Source of the DNA: a virus | Lineage: Duplodnaviria > Caudoviricetes | DNA: 30,303 nt | Strand: one strand, 5' to 3' | IMG/VR virus record: IMGVR_UViG_3300046779_000311 | Location: 1-30,303 of that record | Part shown: piece by piece, positions 27,819 through 30,303 of the stretch | Layout: each line of letters opens with the position of its first letter | How positions within the stretch are numbered: position 1 is the stretch's first letter | Position numbers and translations under genes: made by a program | The notes under the pieces: model-generated | What the model was told of the DNA's origin: nothing | What the model saw: the letters and a program-made list of their open reading frames with translations, nothing else | Databases searched by the model: none

Positions 27819-27843
27819 GCTTTTTGTCAGACTAGTTGACGAT

Positions 27844-29589
27844 TTATATAGATTGTAGAACGATCCAGTCATTATTGTAATATGCTGGCTCCAATTGTGT
27901 CAGGGTGATGGCAGATTCTGATACGCTTTCTACTGGTTTGCCAGTATATAGCTCAAAGTGGGTCTCTACCGTACCTGCTGTTAATTCTGATTCATATGTA
28001 GCAATATTCTTATATAGGTTGCTTGGTCCACCAATTGTCTCATAATTAAACTGAATTACTTCAGTAACTGGTGTGCTGAATACTAAAACGATATGGTGAG
28101 GCTCTTCTTCTACTAAATAATTAGTTATATCTGTAGCTGATGAGACATCTACGTTATTTATGTATACCTTGCTGATATTGGCCTTAGAAATTGCTCCAGA
28201 GCCATTCCAGCCAAATCTTGTGGTTGTACCAGCAGAACTGAACAAAAGTGTGTTAGAAGCCAACGTAAGGGGTGTAAAGAACATCTCTACAGACTTCACA
28301 GAGCTAGATGTGGTCAAATCAAATCCTGAACCATCTTTAGACCTAATTCCATTCATATAATTACGAGATAGAATAGGATAATTTAAAGATCCTAAATAAT
28401 AGTCTGAATTAGATGTAATCTTATCTCCGTAATTATCTGCAAATATAGTTCTGTCTGAATAGAATGTTATACAGAAGAATGATAATTTAGGAAGGAATTT
28501 ACTAGAGTCTGAAGTAGACATGGTAATCCGAATATATACTTTATAGCTTGAATCAAATGAATCTTTTGTATATTGTGGTAATGGCTGTCCATTGCTACAT
28601 GCCACCCAATTTATTCCATCAACGCTTGACTCTACTTCAACCCCAAAATCATTTCTCCACTCCACCTTTGATGTATTTAAATTAATCTGTGATGGCACTA
28701 AAAAGAAATCCTCAATAATAAATGTTTTTGCCTCAACAGTGTCTGTTTGATAAAATGTCACATATTTTCTATTTGGATCGTAATATGTATTTTCATCTAA
28801 GAACTGTGCCCATGATTTATTTACTGGATAGGAATAGTCAAAGGCTGCTCTGATGTTGGCGTCTGTTCCTGTAAATAAAATTCCATTATCTGGGTATACA
28901 ACATGAATTGGAGATACTGTTACATTTCCATCCAAATAATGTTTTCTCAAAGCTTCTTGACTTAGCCCATATCTATAAACAGCTGGAGCATCTACAATAA
29001 ATGTATCTTCTGAATTTAATGTAGGACCCGCTTGTAGAGTAAGTGATGTATTTGTAAATTTAAAATTAGATAAAGACTTTGATTCAACTGGAACTGAATC
29101 TATATATAGGGTTATTGAGTTTACTGAATATACGCCTGCGACATGCATAGACTTCTTTGTATATGGCATACAGTGTCTAACTGACTCTGTATCTGAGACA
29201 CGAAATACAATATCTCCATTATGCCAGTATAAACCAATATCGTTTGTGGTATCTGCAAGAAGCGGGGTTTCGTCCGAAGACTCTATCGATTGGTGAAACC
29301 ATACCTCTAAAGTAAAATCATTGTCTGATGTATAAGATGTTGCAAGACCAGATCCAACATTTGAACCGTAATAATCTTTTGTAATTGGGAATGTTACATA
29401 TGCAGTATTTGTAATACGAGTACCAGAGATTCCGCCTGGAACAAGCGGTAGGATATTTGTTACTGGAGATCCAGTATATGTTCCATTGTTTCCGCAGCCA
29501 GATATATCTGTGGCGGTAGTACCAAGAGACTCATCCAGCGGCCAAAAGGCTACTGGATGGTCCTTGATTACTTTAAGCTGGTAAGACAC
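27844..29589 (-). CDS. Laminin-G/concanavalin A-like lectin domain protein (probable virion component)
   Basis: 581 aa. PVAFWPLDESLGTTATDISGCGNNGTY...FTLEVWF...HVAGVY...LYIDS...DAPAVYRYGLS...HY is a classic LamG pattern. A second degenerate LamG occupies the C-terminus (SVEMFF...VYINNV...HHIVLVF). Confidence 0.85.
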   Translation of the reverse strand: MSYQLKVIKDHPVAFWPLDESLGTTATDISGCGNNGTYTGSPVTNILPLVPGGISGTRITNTAYVTFPITKDYYGSNVGSGLATSYTSDNDFTLEVWFHQSIESSDETPLLADTTNDIGLYWHNGDIVFRVSDTESVRHCMPYTKKSMHVAGVYSVNSITLYIDSVPVESKSLSNFKFTNTSLTLQAGPTLNSEDTFIVDAPAVYRYGLSQEALRKHYLDGNVTVSPIHVVYPDNGILFTGTDANIRAAFDYSYPVNKSWAQFLDENTYYDPNRKYVTFYQTDTVEAKTFIIEDFFLVPSQINLNTSKVEWRNDFGVEVESSVDGINWVACSNGQPLPQYTKDSFDSSYKVYIRITMSTSDSSKFLPKLSFFCITFYSDRTIFADNYGDKITSNSDYYLGSLNYPILSRNYMNGIRSKDGSGFDLTTSSSVKSVEMFFTPLTLASNTLLFSSAGTTTRFGWNGSGAISKANISKVYINNVDVSSATDITNYLVEEEPHHIVLVFSTPVTEVIQFNYETIGGPSNLYKNIATYESELTAGTVETHFELYTGKPVESVSESAITLTQLEPAYYNNDWIVLQSI

Positions 29590-29604
29590 TATATGATTAT
29601 AGCA
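29590..29604 (-). promoter_or_regulatory. Extended -10 promoter (TGCTATAAT), leaderless GTG
   Basis: TGC-TATAAT-catata-GTG, with no SD. Confidence 0.72.
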
Positions 29605-29609
29605 TCTAA

Positions 29610-29870
29610 TTAGTTAGTTGAATCCTGCTTGTTTAGCAGTGCTACAACTACCTGTGCTGTTTCATGAGTTTGAATTGAAGATGCGATATCACGGCATGCA
29701 TTGCGGATATCAAGAAGTGATGCTGAGCGATCAGCGTTGATCTTTGTAGTAACATCTGTCAATGCTCTAAATAGACCATTCTTATCCTTTACTACAAGGA
29801 ACACTGTTTCTGCTTCAATTACAGCATCTTCGGCTGGTTCAACAGCCTCTAGATTTGTTTCTTCTGTCAT
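29610..29870 (-). CDS. Hypothetical protein (86 aa)
   Basis: AGGAG SD 5 nt before the ATG. Packs between neighbouring genes. Confidence 0.8.
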   Translation of the reverse strand: MTEETNLEAVEPAEDAVIEAETVFLVVKDKNGLFRALTDVTTKINADRSASLLDIRNACRDIASSIQTHETAQVVVALLNKQDSTN

Positions 29871-29877
29871 TTTTCTC

Positions 29878-30162
29878 CTAGGTTAAAAAATGTTTAGCTA
29901 TCGCTGCCGAAGCTAAAATTGTCCAACCAATATTAAAATATATAATGGTTGGAAGAGTTTTTATTGTTGATGTCAGTATAAGAATTACGCTTGATATAAG
30001 CGCAAATATATATAACCACCACCATTGTTTACCAAATAGCAAGCCTGGAAAAATAATCATAAGCTTTGTAGAAAATGCCCAAAACTCTATTGTATTGGTT
30101 TTATTCCAATATCTTTTTGTAAATAATTGTTTTGATACATCTACAATTTCTTTAATATTCAT
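29878..30162 (-). CDS. Small membrane protein, ~3 TM helices
   Basis: 94 aa with three hydrophobic stretches (FWAFSTKLMIIFPGLLF; WWWLYIFALISSVILILTS; LPTIIYFNIGWTILASAAI). Confidence 0.8.
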   Translation of the reverse strand: MNIKEIVDVSKQLFTKRYWNKTNTIEFWAFSTKLMIIFPGLLFGKQWWWLYIFALISSVILILTSTIKTLPTIIYFNIGWTILASAAIAKHFLT

Positions 30163-30303
30163 TTTTATCCAAGTTTTCTAATATGTTATGCTTTATTATA
30201 TCACCCCAAGTATTTTCTGTAAATAGCTCATACAAGAAATCTAAATTTTTCCATGGATGCTCAATCTTATATTTTGTACATTTATATACGCTTTCATGTA
30301 AAG
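30152..30303 (-). CDS. C-terminal fragment of an upstream gene (5'-truncated by window edge)
   Basis: Open frame LHESVYKCTKYKIEHPWKNLDFLYELFTENTWGDIIKHNILENLDKNEY*, stop at 30152-30154, overlapping the next start. Function not assignable. Confidence 0.65.
   Translation of the reverse strand, partial: LHESVYKCTKYKIEHPWKNLDFLYELFTENTWGDIIKHNILENLDKNEY

Larger units (their letters stand above)
1..30303 (-). mobile_element. Tailed dsDNA phage (siphovirus-like) head and tail morphogenesis module
   Basis: Collinear portal, protease/scaffold, major capsid, head-tail joining, tail tube, chaperone, tape measure, hub and fibre genes. All are on the minus strand and tightly packed with ATGA/TAATG overlaps. 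No sheath gene, integrase or host housekeeping gene is seen, so virion versus prophage origin cannot be decided. Confidence 0.97.

Noticed and set aside
372-30181. All plus-strand ORFs in the track (e.g. 5298-5804, 12279-12662, 14526-14939, 18547-18849)
   Set aside because: They lie antisense to long, motif-bearing minus-strand genes, show no convincing RBS or family motifs, and look like shadow ORFs caused by codon bias.
1-30303. CRISPR array, tRNA, intron/intein, or DGR template/variable repeat pair
   Set aside because: By eye, no regular repeat-spacer units, cloverleafs, interrupted core genes or adenine-variable duplicated segments were seen. Intergenic gaps are all short (~110 nt or less). 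A formal self-alignment was not run.

Overview
This window is the virion morphogenesis module of a tailed dsDNA phage. All real genes lie on the minus strand and read from right to left: small hypothetical and membrane genes, a double-LamG lectin protein, portal, prohead protease fused to a scaffold, HK97-type major capsid, HeH protein, head-tail joining genes, tail tube, frameshifted tail assembly chaperones, a 2139-aa tape measure, distal tail, a two-gene hub/tip, a trimeric fibre, and a >1425-aa FN3/Ig adhesin. The adhesin runs off the left edge and is missing from the ORF track. No sheath gene is present, so the morphology is siphovirus-like, and there is no terminase next to the portal. 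Leaderless sigma70-type promoters and gene content point to an actinobacterial, possibly freshwater low-GC, host (inference). The most notable signals are: (i) complementary 10-nt elements in hairpin loops about 50-60 nt upstream of the capsid and tail-tube start codons, a possible mRNA-mRNA kissing link between head and tail synthesis; (ii) a tape measure segmented by repeated (R/K/Y)-M-N-x-G-G motifs around nuclease-like cargo; (iii) an internal in-frame scaffold start; (iv) a C-CCA-AAC -1 frameshift with a nested downstream stem-loop; (v) terminator-promoter relays and leaderless genes. All protein-family calls come from motif recognition by eye and synteny; no searches were run.
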